Of a DNA stretch of 64,000 bases, positions 1 to 11,200 are shown in pieces (position 1 is the first letter of the stretch; each line of letters begins with the position of its first letter). The notes under the pieces were generated by a model that did not search any database, was not told the DNA's origin, and was given only the letters and a program-made list of their open reading frames with translations. This stretch comes from an uncultured Candidatus Saccharibacteria bacterium (GTDB lineage Bacteria; Patescibacteriota; Minisyncoccia; Phycocordibacterales; GCA-2401445): assembly GCA_964436015.1 (NCBI GenBank), contig CAYTAR010000002.1:73521-137520 (forward strand), given 5' to 3'. The translations under genes were made by a program, and so were the position numbers.

Positions 1-510
1 GTGACACGAGTTCAAGCATTACAGTTATGTGCGAAGTCGGGGTTACGACTCCCCTCATCTCGCGAGTGGTACTACGCATCCCTTGGAACAGAAGACATCC
101 TTCATGAACCAGTATCTTCTGGGTGTAATTTGTATACGAACTGGGGAGACGGTATCGGACTCACGGGGAGTGGAGAGAAGTGCGTCTCTTCTTTTGGGGT
201 ACACGATATGGCAGGAAATGTGTGGGAGTGGGTAGCTGATGATGTGGTGGCAAATTCCGTTGATGGAATACAACTTCCACAAAGTGGATACGTTGACGGA
301 GTTACGAGCGCTGGTTTTCCTTTTATATCCAGTACCTCACCAAATACATTATATGGAAATGATTATTTCTGGGCTTCAAAGTTACCCCTTACCGCGGTGA
401 TGCGTGGAGGATTTTATGGAAGTGGGGAGGATGGGGGTGTATTTTCAATGAATATTGAAGTACTTCCTACGTTTTCAAGCAGCGGTGTTGGTTTTAGGTG
501 TGCGTTTTAA
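1..510 (+). CDS. FGE-sulfatase (SUMF1/DUF323) domain protein, 5'-truncated by window edge
   Basis: Carries the GNVWEWV and MRGGF motifs typical of the formylglycine-generating-enzyme/C-type-lectin fold. 130 aa are identical to the downstream paralog. The protein ends just after a GFRC motif. Confidence 0.6.
   Translation: MTRVQALQLCAKSGLRLPSSREWYYASLGTEDILHEPVSSGCNLYTNWGDGIGLTGSGEKCVSSFGVHDMAGNVWEWVADDVVANSVDGIQLPQSGYVDGVTSAGFPFISSTSPNTLYGNDYFWASKLPLTAVMRGGFYGSGEDGGVFSMNIEVLPTFSSSGVGFRCAF
49..438 (+). repeat. Copy 1 of a perfect 390-bp direct repeat (offset 855 bp) inside the tandem FGE-domain genes
   Basis: Nucleotides 49-438 are identical to 904-1293 when read base by base. A divergent patch follows at 439-489, and similarity resumes at ggtttYaggtgtgc. 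Confidence 0.8.
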
Positions 511-528
511 GCGTGGTATGCTAGAGCT

Positions 529-1374
529 ATGAGAGTACTGATAATGAGTGTATCTGTTGTGGTGCTGGCGAGTGTTCTTGCAACCGTGGTATTGCGTGCA
601 AGCGATACTCTGTCGACTGACCCCTCCTTCTTCCTGAGTCGTGTATTTTCTCGCGCAATACCTTCTACTCCATGTGGAGAAGACATGACACTTATTAGCT
701 CACCTTTCGGAGCTTTTTGTATGGACATATTTGAAGCAAGTCCCGGGGAAGACTGTTTACAAACCAAAGTGCGAAATGAACCCGATTCTCAAGTAAATAT
801 TTCTCAGAGTAATTGTTTTCCAGAAAGCGTTAAGGGAGGAGAACCATGGGTGTTTGTAACAAGGGATAGCGCAATTGAATTATGTGCTCGTGTTGGAAAG
901 CATCTCCCCTCATCTCGCGAGTGGTACTACGCATCCCTTGGAACAGAAGACATCCTTCATGAACCAGTATCTTCTGGGTGTAATTTGTATACGAACTGGG
1001 GAGACGGTATCGGACTCACGGGGAGTGGAGAGAAGTGCGTCTCTTCTTTTGGGGTACACGATATGGCAGGAAATGTGTGGGAGTGGGTAGCTGATGATGT
1101 GGTGGCAAATTCCGTTGATGGAATACAACTTCCACAAAGTGGATACGTTGACGGAGTTACGAGCGCTGGTTTTCCTTTTATATCCAGTACCTCACCAAAT
1201 ACATTATATGGAAATGATTATTTCTGGGCTTCAAAGTTACCCCTTACCGCGGTGATGCGTGGAGGATTTTATGGAAGTGGGGAGGATGGGGGTCGTTTTA
1301 GTTTGTATACGGAAGCACAATCAACATTTGTGGGTAGCGCAGTAGGTTTCAGGTGTGCACGTGTAGTAGAATAA
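529..1374 (+). CDS. FGE-sulfatase (SUMF1/DUF323) domain protein with N-terminal signal/TM segment
   Basis: The N-terminus is hydrophobic (MRVLIMSVSVVVLASVLATVVL). It has the same GNVWEWV...MRGGF...GFRC C-terminal domain as the upstream paralog. Confidence 0.6.
   Translation: MRVLIMSVSVVVLASVLATVVLRASDTLSTDPSFFLSRVFSRAIPSTPCGEDMTLISSPFGAFCMDIFEASPGEDCLQTKVRNEPDSQVNISQSNCFPESVKGGEPWVFVTRDSAIELCARVGKHLPSSREWYYASLGTEDILHEPVSSGCNLYTNWGDGIGLTGSGEKCVSSFGVHDMAGNVWEWVADDVVANSVDGIQLPQSGYVDGVTSAGFPFISSTSPNTLYGNDYFWASKLPLTAVMRGGFYGSGEDGGRFSLYTEAQSTFVGSAVGFRCARVVE
904..1293 (+). repeat. Copy 2 of the 390-bp direct repeat
   Basis: Identical to 49-438. Followed by a divergent patch at 1294-1344. Confidence 0.8.
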
Positions 1375-1378
1375 GGTA

Positions 1379-3217
1379 ATGAAATATTTTGTGCGTATTT
1401 TTTTCATCTGTTTTTTTGTATTGGCATGCGGAAGCAGTGATGTGGGTGCTGCGGATATGCTTTCGGGCAGTGTGCGATTGACTGATTCAGCACCAAACGC
1501 TCCTGCCAATCATATTATTACCGCAACACTCACTAATTCGGTCCCACCCGGAGGTAAGGTGGTTATCACTCCCACGGAAGGAGAGTTCTCAATTTTGAAT
1601 ACATTTGATTACACTGATATAGATTTTTTGTATGCAACGAGCGCGGATGTATTTACTCAACGATTACTCGCTCCTGCACCGAGCGCGACTGAGGACGGAG
1701 TATCAGTGAGCGGGTTGATTTCAACCACGAGTACAAGCTCGGTCATTACTATTACACTTAATGCAACCGAAGGTCTTTCTGCGGGAAACCAGATACAGGT
1801 TCGTATTGGAACGAATGCTACATACCAACACACAGGGAATGTGCAATATGTAAATCCAAGTAGCGTAGGCTCGTTTGATTATGTGATTGAGACGCAAGAT
1901 GTGCTGAATAACCGGATTAATATTAAGGAAATGTTGGCGGTTATTATACAACCCATAACCACAAGTCTGTACTATGTCGATGTGACACCCCCCTTTAGAT
2001 TTAACGGCGCCCCTATGGGTAATTTGGCACCTAATACCACCAATGTTGAGGTAACATTTAGAACAAATGAACTTGCTTTGTGTAAGTTTGCAACCACGTC
2101 TGATGTTTCGTTTGCTGATATGCCGGATTTTTTTACGGTGGCAACAACCAGTACGCACTCCCGTAATTTTGTTACGGTAAATGGTGAGGCGTATAACATT
2201 TACATTCGTTGCCGAGATTATGCTGACAATGTAAACATTGATGACTATTTGATTGCATTTGCCATTGCTGCGCAACCAGGAGCGGGCGCTATTGCTGGTG
2301 ATACTGGTGGTGGTACAGGGGAGAACACTGGAGGGACCGGAGGAACAGGTTCTGGTACGGGTACTGGAGGAACATCTTCAGGAAGTGGTTCTTCAAGTGG
2401 TGGAGGTGGTGGAGGTGGAGGAGGTGGATCAAGTCCGATTTCTGGAGGAACACCATTTCCTACAACATACGCTTCTGTACGATTGGTAGGTATTGGGTTT
2501 CCATTCAGTACTATTTCGGTGATTCAAGATGGAGTACTCAGGGAAAACGTAAGTACCCCGGTTGGTTCTAATGGAGAGTTTAATATTTTAGTTAGCGATC
2601 TAACCAGAGGTACTCATACATTTGGAGTGTATGCAACCGGTCCAAATGGTATTGCGTCGTCGAAATACAACAGTACGCTAACAGTTATTGGTAACACGGT
2701 ATCAAGTGTTACTGATATTCATATTCCTCCTTCTATAACAACTGACAAGGTTACGTATACTGCAGGAGAGTCTGTTGTAATTAGTGGGTATGCGCCCGCT
2801 GAATCGGTGGTGGACGTGTGGTACCATCAACAAAAAAGTGTGGTTCTAGATAACGACATCGTTAAGCGTCAGGTTGCTGCAGATGCAAATGGTTTGTTTA
2901 CCACTACTATTAGTACCAGCGGTAATCCAAATGGTACGTATCAAATTAAAGCTCGTTGGAGCACAGCTACACAAAAAACGAGTGATTTTAGCGCGTATAA
3001 ACACGTCGGTGTAGGAGTTGCTCCTGCACCTGAGGCAACGGAAGGGTTAATTGGGGATCTTAATGTAGATGGAAAGGTTAATATTGTTGATTTTTCAATT
3101 TTACTTTTCCATTGGGGTAGTGATGGATCACAGTCAAACCCAACCGCTGACTTAAATAATGATGCACGTGTAAATCTTACAGACTTTTCAATTATGATTT
3201 TCCACTGGACTGGGTAG
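1379..3217 (+). CDS. Secreted surface protein with Gly-rich linker and C-terminal type-I dockerin module
   Basis: Signal peptide MKYFVRIFFICFFVLACGSS. A Gly/Ser/Thr linker lies at about 2290-2440. The C-terminus has two 22-residue segments, DLNVDGKVNIVDFSILLFHWGS and DLNNDARVNLTDFSIMIFHWTG, matching the dockerin Ca-binding loop pattern D1-N3-D5-N9-D12. Confidence 0.6.
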   Translation: MKYFVRIFFICFFVLACGSSDVGAADMLSGSVRLTDSAPNAPANHIITATLTNSVPPGGKVVITPTEGEFSILNTFDYTDIDFLYATSADVFTQRLLAPAPSATEDGVSVSGLISTTSTSSVITITLNATEGLSAGNQIQVRIGTNATYQHTGNVQYVNPSSVGSFDYVIETQDVLNNRINIKEMLAVIIQPITTSLYYVDVTPPFRFNGAPMGNLAPNTTNVEVTFRTNELALCKFATTSDVSFADMPDFFTVATTSTHSRNFVTVNGEAYNIYIRCRDYADNVNIDDYLIAFAIAAQPGAGAIAGDTGGGTGENTGGTGGTGSGTGTGGTSSGSGSSSGGGGGGGGGGSSPISGGTPFPTTYASVRLVGIGFPFSTISVIQDGVLRENVSTPVGSNGEFNILVSDLTRGTHTFGVYATGPNGIASSKYNSTLTVIGNTVSSVTDIHIPPSITTDKVTYTAGESVVISGYAPAESVVDVWYHQQKSVVLDNDIVKRQVAADANGLFTTTISTSGNPNGTYQIKARWSTATQKTSDFSAYKHVGVGVAPAPEATEGLIGDLNVDGKVNIVDFSILLFHWGSDGSQSNPTADLNNDARVNLTDFSIMIFHWTG

Positions 3218-3259
3218 TGAGAGAGGATATAATGAGAGAGTAGTAAGGGTGAACATCCT

Positions 3260-3712
3260 ATGGTTTCTTTTTTACGAAAATTACGAGGTGAAGGAATAGC
3301 AAAGTCCGAAGGGGCATTAAGTACTAAACCTGATTCAGATGCGGGGGTTGTTCAACTTGATGTTGATGTATTCCAATCTAAAGATGAGATTGTGCTGTAC
3401 GCACTTGTTCCAAGTTGTGAGATAGAAATGATTGATGTGAGTATTGAGGGGGACAATGACGTTGTGACAATTCGGGGGAAAAAAGAGCGTCCAATTTCAC
3501 TTGCATACCCTAAGGGTGAGAAGGAAGGCAACTATTATGCTGAAGAAATTGTGTGGGGTGAATTTTTTAGGCAGATTATATTACCGGAAGAGGTTGATAT
3601 AGATAAAATGGAGGCGCGTTTGCGGAACGGGGTTCTCGTCCTCGTCCTTCCGTTGTTGCGTGCAACACATACGAGTGCGGTAAAGGTAAAGATAACTAAT
3701 AATGAAGAATGA
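3260..3712 (+). CDS. Hsp20/alpha-crystallin family small heat-shock protein
   Basis: Shows the alpha-crystallin domain pattern (VVQLDVDV...DEIVLYALVP...IEGDNDVVTIRGKKER...FFRQIILPEEVD...ARLRNGVLVLVLP). An RBS-like aagggtga lies upstream. Confidence 0.6.
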   Translation: MVSFLRKLRGEGIAKSEGALSTKPDSDAGVVQLDVDVFQSKDEIVLYALVPSCEIEMIDVSIEGDNDVVTIRGKKERPISLAYPKGEKEGNYYAEEIVWGEFFRQIILPEEVDIDKMEARLRNGVLVLVLPLLRATHTSAVKVKITNNEE

Positions 3713-5193
3713 GTAGTAATACCATACATGCAAGATTAGCCCTTGTAACTGTGGTTTTTTGTTGTTTTTTTGCGGGTCTTTTTGTTAATCCAGCAGCTGT
3801 TTTAGCCGCAGCCAATCTCAATCTAAATCCAAATGTACAAAGTAAGGCGGTCGGTGAGAATTTTAGTGTAGTAATACAGGTTGACGGAGGAGGTTCATCC
3901 ATGAACGCTGTTGAGGCTCGAATTTCGTATGATAAGGCAAAATTATCGGTGGTCAATATCACCAAAGACGGCTCAGCGTTTACGCTCTGGACAACCGAAC
4001 CGACTTTTTCAAATGCCGACGGCACGATAACGTTTGGTGGAGGAAGTCCGACGCCATTTAGTGGAACAGCTCGTCTTGCAGTTATTACCTTTAGGCCGAT
4101 TGCTGAGGGAGAAGCAGTTGTAGAGTTTGTACAAGGGTCAGTTCTCGCTGCTGATGGTAAAGGAACTGATATTTTGGGAATTCTCGGAAAAGCAACCTAC
4201 ACAATTACACCACCTGTTGCGCCACCTGAGAGTGCTTCTGCTACGGGCGGGACAATTCCCCGTGCACCAGCAGTTACTTCAGTGACTCACCCAGACCCAG
4301 AAGGTTGGTATAACAAGGTAGTGGGTGAGTTTGAATGGACACTCCCTATTGATGCTATTGCCACCAGACTTTTGATAGGAAAAATAGCAGATGCAACCCC
4401 AACTGTTGAATACGATCCTCCAATAGCAACTAAAACCATTGATGATTTTGAAGAAGGGGTATGGTACTTCCATGTTCAAGTAAGAAATGGACGAGGATGG
4501 GGGGAGATAACTCATAGAAAGGTTCAAATTGATCTCACACCACCAGCTGAATTTGTTGTTACTGTGGAGCCAGAAGGAGCAACGAGTTCAACACCAACGC
4601 TTGTCTTTGAGACCACTGATGAGCTTTCAGGTATTGAGAAATACGAAGTTGTTATTGGAGGAGGAAGTCCGATCGTTGTTTTACCAGATGAATTAGTTTC
4701 TGGTTCATTCACGATTCCTCCACAGAATAAAGGGGAATACGCGGTAACAGTTACTGCTTTTGATAAAGCTGGAAACACGAGTAGTGCAGAAACAGTTCTT
4801 TCTATCGAAGAGGAACTACAGACTCAGGCGCGTGGTCCGGTGGTGTTTCAAGAGGAAGGTCCATCATTTTTGGAGAAATATGGAAATGTTATATTTATAA
4901 TACTTCTGATATCAATCATTATTGCACTTTCAATTACTATCTTCTTCCTCAAACAGAAGCATAATGCTGAGAAAAGACGGGCAATAGAAGAGGCAAGAGA
5001 GGCTGAAGCTAAAATGGAAATTATCTTCTCAACTCTTCGAGATGAGGTTGAAGATCAGGTTCGCCAATTAAGCACAAAAGCACGTCTGACCGATGGTGAA
5101 AAACGAGTATTGGTCAAATTACGTGAAGCTCTTGATATCTCAGAGGAGTTTATTGACAAAGAGATTTCTGATGTTGAAAAAGTCTTGAAGTAG
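3709..5193 (+). CDS. Membrane-anchored surface protein with cohesin-like N-terminal domain, Ig/FN3-like domains, C-terminal TM and cytoplasmic coiled-coil tail
   Basis: It has a signal peptide. Its N-terminal domain (VGENFSVVIQVDGGG...ARISYDKAKLSVVNITKDG...GTITFGGGSP...ARLAVITFRPIAEGEAVVEF) resembles the cohesin jelly-roll pattern. The TM segment is IFIILLISIIIALSITIFFL and the tail ends ..ISDVEKVLK. It is a paralog of 29204-30943. Confidence 0.5.
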   Translation: MSSNTIHARLALVTVVFCCFFAGLFVNPAAVLAAANLNLNPNVQSKAVGENFSVVIQVDGGGSSMNAVEARISYDKAKLSVVNITKDGSAFTLWTTEPTFSNADGTITFGGGSPTPFSGTARLAVITFRPIAEGEAVVEFVQGSVLAADGKGTDILGILGKATYTITPPVAPPESASATGGTIPRAPAVTSVTHPDPEGWYNKVVGEFEWTLPIDAIATRLLIGKIADATPTVEYDPPIATKTIDDFEEGVWYFHVQVRNGRGWGEITHRKVQIDLTPPAEFVVTVEPEGATSSTPTLVFETTDELSGIEKYEVVIGGGSPIVVLPDELVSGSFTIPPQNKGEYAVTVTAFDKAGNTSSAETVLSIEEELQTQARGPVVFQEEGPSFLEKYGNVIFIILLISIIIALSITIFFLKQKHNAEKRRAIEEAREAEAKMEIIFSTLRDEVEDQVRQLSTKARLTDGEKRVLVKLREALDISEEFIDKEISDVEKVLK

Positions 5194-5292
5194 CTATACA
5201 CAAAAGAACAAAAAAACTAGTAATAATTTGATATAATTACAGTATACATCCAAAAAATATTGGGGGCTTTTTACAGTGGATGTTAACGGTAA

Positions 5293-8200
5293 ATGAGATT
5301 ATTTAATGTAACAAAAAAGGTAGCGGTGATAAGTGGGGCGTTGTCCCTCTCACTCTTCGTATTGACTGGCAGTATGTACTTGAGAAGTGCCAATGCTGAA
5401 CCAGTTGTTGAAGGAAGTGTATATTTATTGCCAACCGAAGTGAGTGGTTCTGGTTGGCAGAACATCTCCACTATTGGAACGCAGGATGTATCGGGTGATG
5501 CCCTGTTCAGTTCTTTTAATGTAAAAAATTCTTCATTTATTATTTTTAAAAACGGCGCGTACAAAGAGGAAGAGGTTTTGCCAAGCGTGGAGGAATTAAA
5601 TGTAGTTACAGAAGTGGTTACTGAAAATAATGAAGAAGAGGGGGGAGGTAAAAGTGTAGAGGTAAATGAAATAGAGGATGAGTCTATACCATACGCAACG
5701 AGCACGGAAGTAATGGGTGAGGTTGAGACACTAGTGTCAACAAGTACAAGCGATACGGTTGTAGAGGTTTCTGGTGAAGAATATGTTGACCAAGAGAATA
5801 CAACTTCAAGCACCACGCAAAATATTGATATAAATAATCTTCTGAGTGAAGAGGTGCTGGAGGAGGCAGAAGAAACTATTAACACATCCACCGTAAGTGA
5901 TTTTGAGCAAATAGAAAGTGGAGAAACTTCTCTTCCGTCTGAGGAGGAGAGTGGAGTAGAGGAGTCTGCTCCTGCCCCAGTAACTCGTTTTTTTGATGCA
6001 GTAAAGAGAGTTCTGTTTTCTTTAATACCTGACGCGGTCTTTGCGGATGAAATAAGCACAACAACGCAGACGAGCACCCTAGAAGTACTATCGGACCTCT
6101 CTGTTTTTGGTGAAAGCAGTAGCACTGCATCGGTGGTAACGGAGGTAACGCAAATATTCAACGAGATAAAAGTACCAGAGCGTGTAATTCCCCCAGTTGA
6201 ACGTGTAGCTGTTGATTCGGTTCCTCCTGTAGTAACCGTTCTTGGTAATAACCCTGCAGTCATTCCTTTAGGGGCTACATACAATGATTTAGGTGCATCA
6301 GTCACCGATAATGTAAATAACAATTTAGGGGTAAAAGTATTTTTAGATAATGAAGAAGTTAAGAGGAGCGTTTCAATTGATACAACTACCCCAGGAAAGT
6401 ACAGAATTATGTATCAAGCAACCGATCAGGCGGGAAATGTGGGTAATGCAGTTCGAATGGTGTATGTAGGAATTGAACCTGATAATACTGATGAGGTGCT
6501 TGAAATGGTGGTTTCTGATGCGCAAGAAACATTTACTTGCATAGAAGGAGATATGTGTACCTCTAATGTGCTTGAGGTTGGCGGTTTTGGCGTAGGAGCT
6601 GACGCGTTTAGTGGCGCTATTGAGACTGCGCAACTACGAATATCAGCGGGAGGAAAAGTGTATTACAGAGATGAAGAAACAAAACCACTTAAACTTAACA
6701 TTCAGTATTTCTATGAAGATTCTTGGATTGATGCTGGCTCAATTATTCTTGATGAAGAGGTCTCCAATGCACTGAATGGTGGTTATTTCCTCTATGCACT
6801 TCCCATTTTTGAGTCGTGGGATGCGCTGTCTGATTTTAGAGTTCGTGTTAGATATGATCACCCTAAAACCCTTGAAGGAGAAGTATACATTGACAGCATA
6901 TGGGTTGAAATTTTTTCCGGTGAAGGGAGCGGTGGTGAGGATGGTCGGGTGACAAAGGAGGAGGCGAAGAAAATAGAGATTGCGAAAAGAGTAAAAAGTC
7001 CAAAACTCAATTCAGTGATTAAGGGGAAATCATTTTTTGAGGTTAGTGAAAGTCCTGAGTTTGAGTTTGAGTACACACTGCAACGGTCAAAATTATCACG
7101 TTTTGTGAGAGGGCTTTTCACTGATGGCCCAAAGTATCGAGTTGGTCTAATTGAAGTAAAAACCGCATCAGGCCAGGGAGTACACATGCCTATTTCTGTG
7201 CGGTACGGAGGGGATGAGCGTTGGCGACTTTTGATAGAGAAGAACCAAGCTTCAATGCATCCTGGTAAGTATGAGGTTTCTGTAACAATACACGAGGGAA
7301 GTAAAACCTTCACTGATTCTTTTGAGTTTTATTGGGGTGTATTAACTGTAAATACCAATAAAAGTATTTATGTAGAAGGTGAGACTGTACAGTTTTCAAT
7401 GGCAGCTCTTACTGATAATGGACACACAATGTGTGACGCTGACCTCCGCTTAACAGTGCTTGATCCTGAGGGAAGTGAAGTTAGTGTGCCTGTACAGCAA
7501 TCAGGTTTGTGTGATGGGAATAATGTTGTAGACGTCCCTGATTATTTTGGCGAAATGAGTGTTGGTGGTGTAGGCGAGTATTCGGTATTGCTTGAACGGT
7601 ATGATGAGTTAGGATCTTTGGTGATTCAAACACATGATATATTTCAAGTGAAAGAGTTTGTTTCGTTTGATGTGGAGCGAACTGGTCCGACCCGTATTTA
7701 CCCTCCCGCGCCGTACACTATGAAGCTTTCATTTACCGCATATGAATCTTTCAGTGGGATTGTAACCGAGACATTGCCAAAGGGGTTTGTGGTAGAAGAA
7801 AGTGATGGAGGAATTGTTTCTATAACAGAAAATGCTGTAGAAATTTCATGGCCTGTGTCTGTCAGAGCAGGTGAGTATGTGGAAAAATCTTATCAATTTG
7901 ATGCACCAGATATAAGTCCATATATATTTGAACTTGGCCCGTTAGTCTTTAAAAAACAAGGGGTCTCTATTGTTATGCAGGATACTCCTGACTGTATAGA
8001 AGAAAATTGTGTACAGTTTGGGGAAGATGAAATTGTGTTTGAGGAAATTAGAACGTGGAAAATAGCTTCAGATGCAGTGGGTAGAATGCTTATTTTGTGG
8101 GACGGTGGGGCTGCACCGAGTGGGTGGGAATGTGTTTCTTGTACAGGAGGAGATCCATTCTACCAGCGATTTATCAGAGGAGAGGCAACTTATGGAGCGA

Positions 8201-11200
8201 CTGGTGGAAGTGCGACACATACACATACTGTATCTACTGCTATAGGAGGTCCTTCAGCTAGTACCGGACAGACACCAGGAGGTACTACTGTTTCAGGTTC
8301 AGGTCACACTCACACTTTGACCCCAACAATTGGTACAGGAAGCAATCTGCCTGAATATCGGCAACTACGGGTATTGCGTTCAACTAGTGCGGGAACTCCT
8401 GCAACTCTTCCAGCGGGAGCTATTGTTTTTTTCACTGATACGGTACCAGCGGGTTGGACTCGCTACAGTGCTCAGGATGGACGATTTGTACGTGGAGAAA
8501 ACACCGTTACCACAACCGGTGGTTCAAATACTCACACACATGCAATATCAGGTACCACTGGAGCTGCGAGTGGTGATACCTATGGAACTCAGAGTGGTCA
8601 AACTCGTGCTGATGTTGCGCAAGCTAATCATACTCACACTGTATCTGGAACAACTAATGCAGGAACAAATGTACCTCCTTACATAGAAACTATTCTGGGA
8701 AAGATTAATGCCGAAGGCTCACTTCCTATTGGTATGCTGGCAATGTGGGATGAAGATGTTCCTGTAGGGTGGAACCATATGTCAGAATCTGGAGATCCAT
8801 TTTATCAACGATTTATTCTTCCTTCCGCGACATATGGAACAACTGGTGGAACTTCTACTCACTCACACGCTAATCAAGATATTGTGAGTAGCGTACCTGC
8901 TCAGGTAACCACTGCGCGAGCTGTTGGTAATGTTTCTTCGGCAGATCATACTCATATTGTTAGTTTGACAAACTATTCATCTCAAAACCACCTCCCGCCA
9001 TATATTAACGTGGTGATTGCTGAATTTTTGGGTACCGATCCCGTTTTTTCTCAAGCGCTATTTAGATGGTACACAAATACAAATGCAGAAACACCTACTG
9101 ATGCGTGGCCGAGTGGGGGAACCTTAAATATTATTGAGAATGAACCAATTACTTCTACATCTACTCCACTAAAACCGAATGATGTCGTTCGTCTCCGTAT
9201 GTCCGTTGGTGTAAGTAATGCAACATCAACTGCGGGTTCGGTTGATTTCAAGTTGCAATACGGACAAGGGTCCTCATGTGGGGCTGTTGCTACATGGAGT
9301 GATGTTGGTGAAATAAGTAGTTCAACCCCATGGAGGGGGTATAATAACGCCTCTGTTCTTGATGGCGCAACTCTTTCTTCAACAACACTCTCCCTTTCAA
9401 CTGTGTTTGGTTCGTATGAAGAAGAAAATAACTCAACAACGACACCAAATGAAGCAGGGGTCGGAGAGTACATTGAGTTTGATTGGGTCCTCCAGCACAA
9501 CAATGCAACAAGTGGTGTTGAGTATTGTTTTAGAATGGTTGAAGGTGACGGTACTCCTTTTTTGACGTACTCCACGTACCCGAAATTACAAACCAACTCT
9601 GCTCCAGAGACATCAACACTGACCCGTCTTTTTGATAATGAGAAAGTTGCTTCAACAACTCCACATTTCTGGTTTGTATCAACTGATGATGAGAATAATA
9701 CGCTTTACTACCAAATACAAATAGATGAGGCTCCAGATTTTGCGTCAACAGTGGTGGATAAAAACTCACAGGCACATGGCAGTCTTTTCACCAACCTTGT
9801 TAGTCCTACTCAAAAAGAGCCGTATACACAAGGTAACACTGTTCGGTTTATTCCAGATGTGTCATTAACCAACAACACTACCTATTGGTGGAGAGTTCGG
9901 GCATGGGACCCTACAGGTTCTACTAATTATAGTGAATGGTCAAATCCTCAGAGTTTTACCGTTGATGTAACTGTGGTTGAGTCTACATGGTTCCAGACGA
10001 CAGAAGAGCAGTTTGATACGAATACGCTTTCAGGTGTGTACACACCGGGAATTGATGCGGTTGAATTAAATGTGGGTTCAACGACGGGAGCTATGTATTC
10101 ATCATTAATTGAATTTTCAAGTGGTACCTATGGAAATATTTGGGAAGAATTTTCTTTTAATGATGTAGAAACAACTGGTTCAATTAGTTACCAAATTGAA
10201 TACCAAACGGCAACCGGCACTGCGCTTATTCCTAACAGTGTTCTTCCAGGGAATAGTACTGGTTTTGGAACATCTCCAGTGAGTCTTGCGGGAGTAGATC
10301 CAGAGTTATACGACACCCTTCGTATTGTTGCGAACTTTACAAACAGCGGAGGAAGCCCACGGTTGCTTGATTGGACGCTCACATGGGGGACTAAAATTGA
10401 CGCTCCAACACATCTTCTCCCTTTCGCAAATGAACGTTTTCCGACAACAACTCCAACATTTACGTTTGTAACTACTGATCCCCAATCTGATGATTTGCAG
10501 TATGAAATATCATGGTCTACAGACAATACTTTTACGTCATCGACGACACGTAATTCACTTAACCATAGTGGGTTTAGGAATAGTGAAAATGCAGGAGATA
10601 CAAACCCTTTCAATTCAGGAGATGTGGTTGCGTTTACAATTCAACCTGCTGATGCACTAACTGCTTCGACAACGTATTGGTGGAGAGCGCGTGCTAAAGA
10701 TCCAAATGGAGGCAATTCTTTTTCCGATTGGTCAGAACCAAAGAGTTTTACACATAATTACAATGATATTGTTTCTACATGGTTCCAAACTACCGATGAA
10801 CAGTTTAGTACAAACGTACTTTCAGGAACTAGAATTACAGGAAGTGACGCACTCACGGTTGCTACAACCTCAATAGAGGCGATGATTGCGTATGGAGAGG
10901 CGGCGGTAACAACTCCACGCTACAGAATATGGGATGGTGCGTCATGGTCAACGGAGGGAAGTGCGCTAACCGTTGGCGCGCAGATAAATTGGGTTGTTCT
11001 GAAAGAAGCACCAACACGAGAGGAGTATATTTTAGGAACACTTGGGACAGATAGCGATGTTAATGTTCAAATTTACAGTGAAGGAGTCTGGGGTAATCTT
11101 TTTGAGGTAACCCCGAGTATCAGTAATGCAAATAAAAGAGGTTTTGATATTGCGTATGAGTCGTTGTCTGGGGATGCAATGGTGGTAACGTGCGATGGAG

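Noticed and set aside
2290-2440. Short tandem nucleotide repeats (ggtgga/ggagga units) here and at 27295-27330, considered as a CRISPR-like array or simple repeat
   Set aside because: They are in-frame Gly/Ser/Thr linker codons inside secreted-protein genes. There are no spacer/repeat periodicity and no cas genes.
5283-6323. 346-aa minus-strand ORF, and many other 60-180-aa antisense ORFs inside the giant gene (e.g. 9051-9596, 10188-10613, 14139-14531, 17307-17741)
   Set aside because: They lie entirely antisense to a continuous 4851-codon ORF with a signal peptide and domain repeats. Their Ser/Thr/Val-rich low-complexity translations are typical of spurious shadow ORFs.
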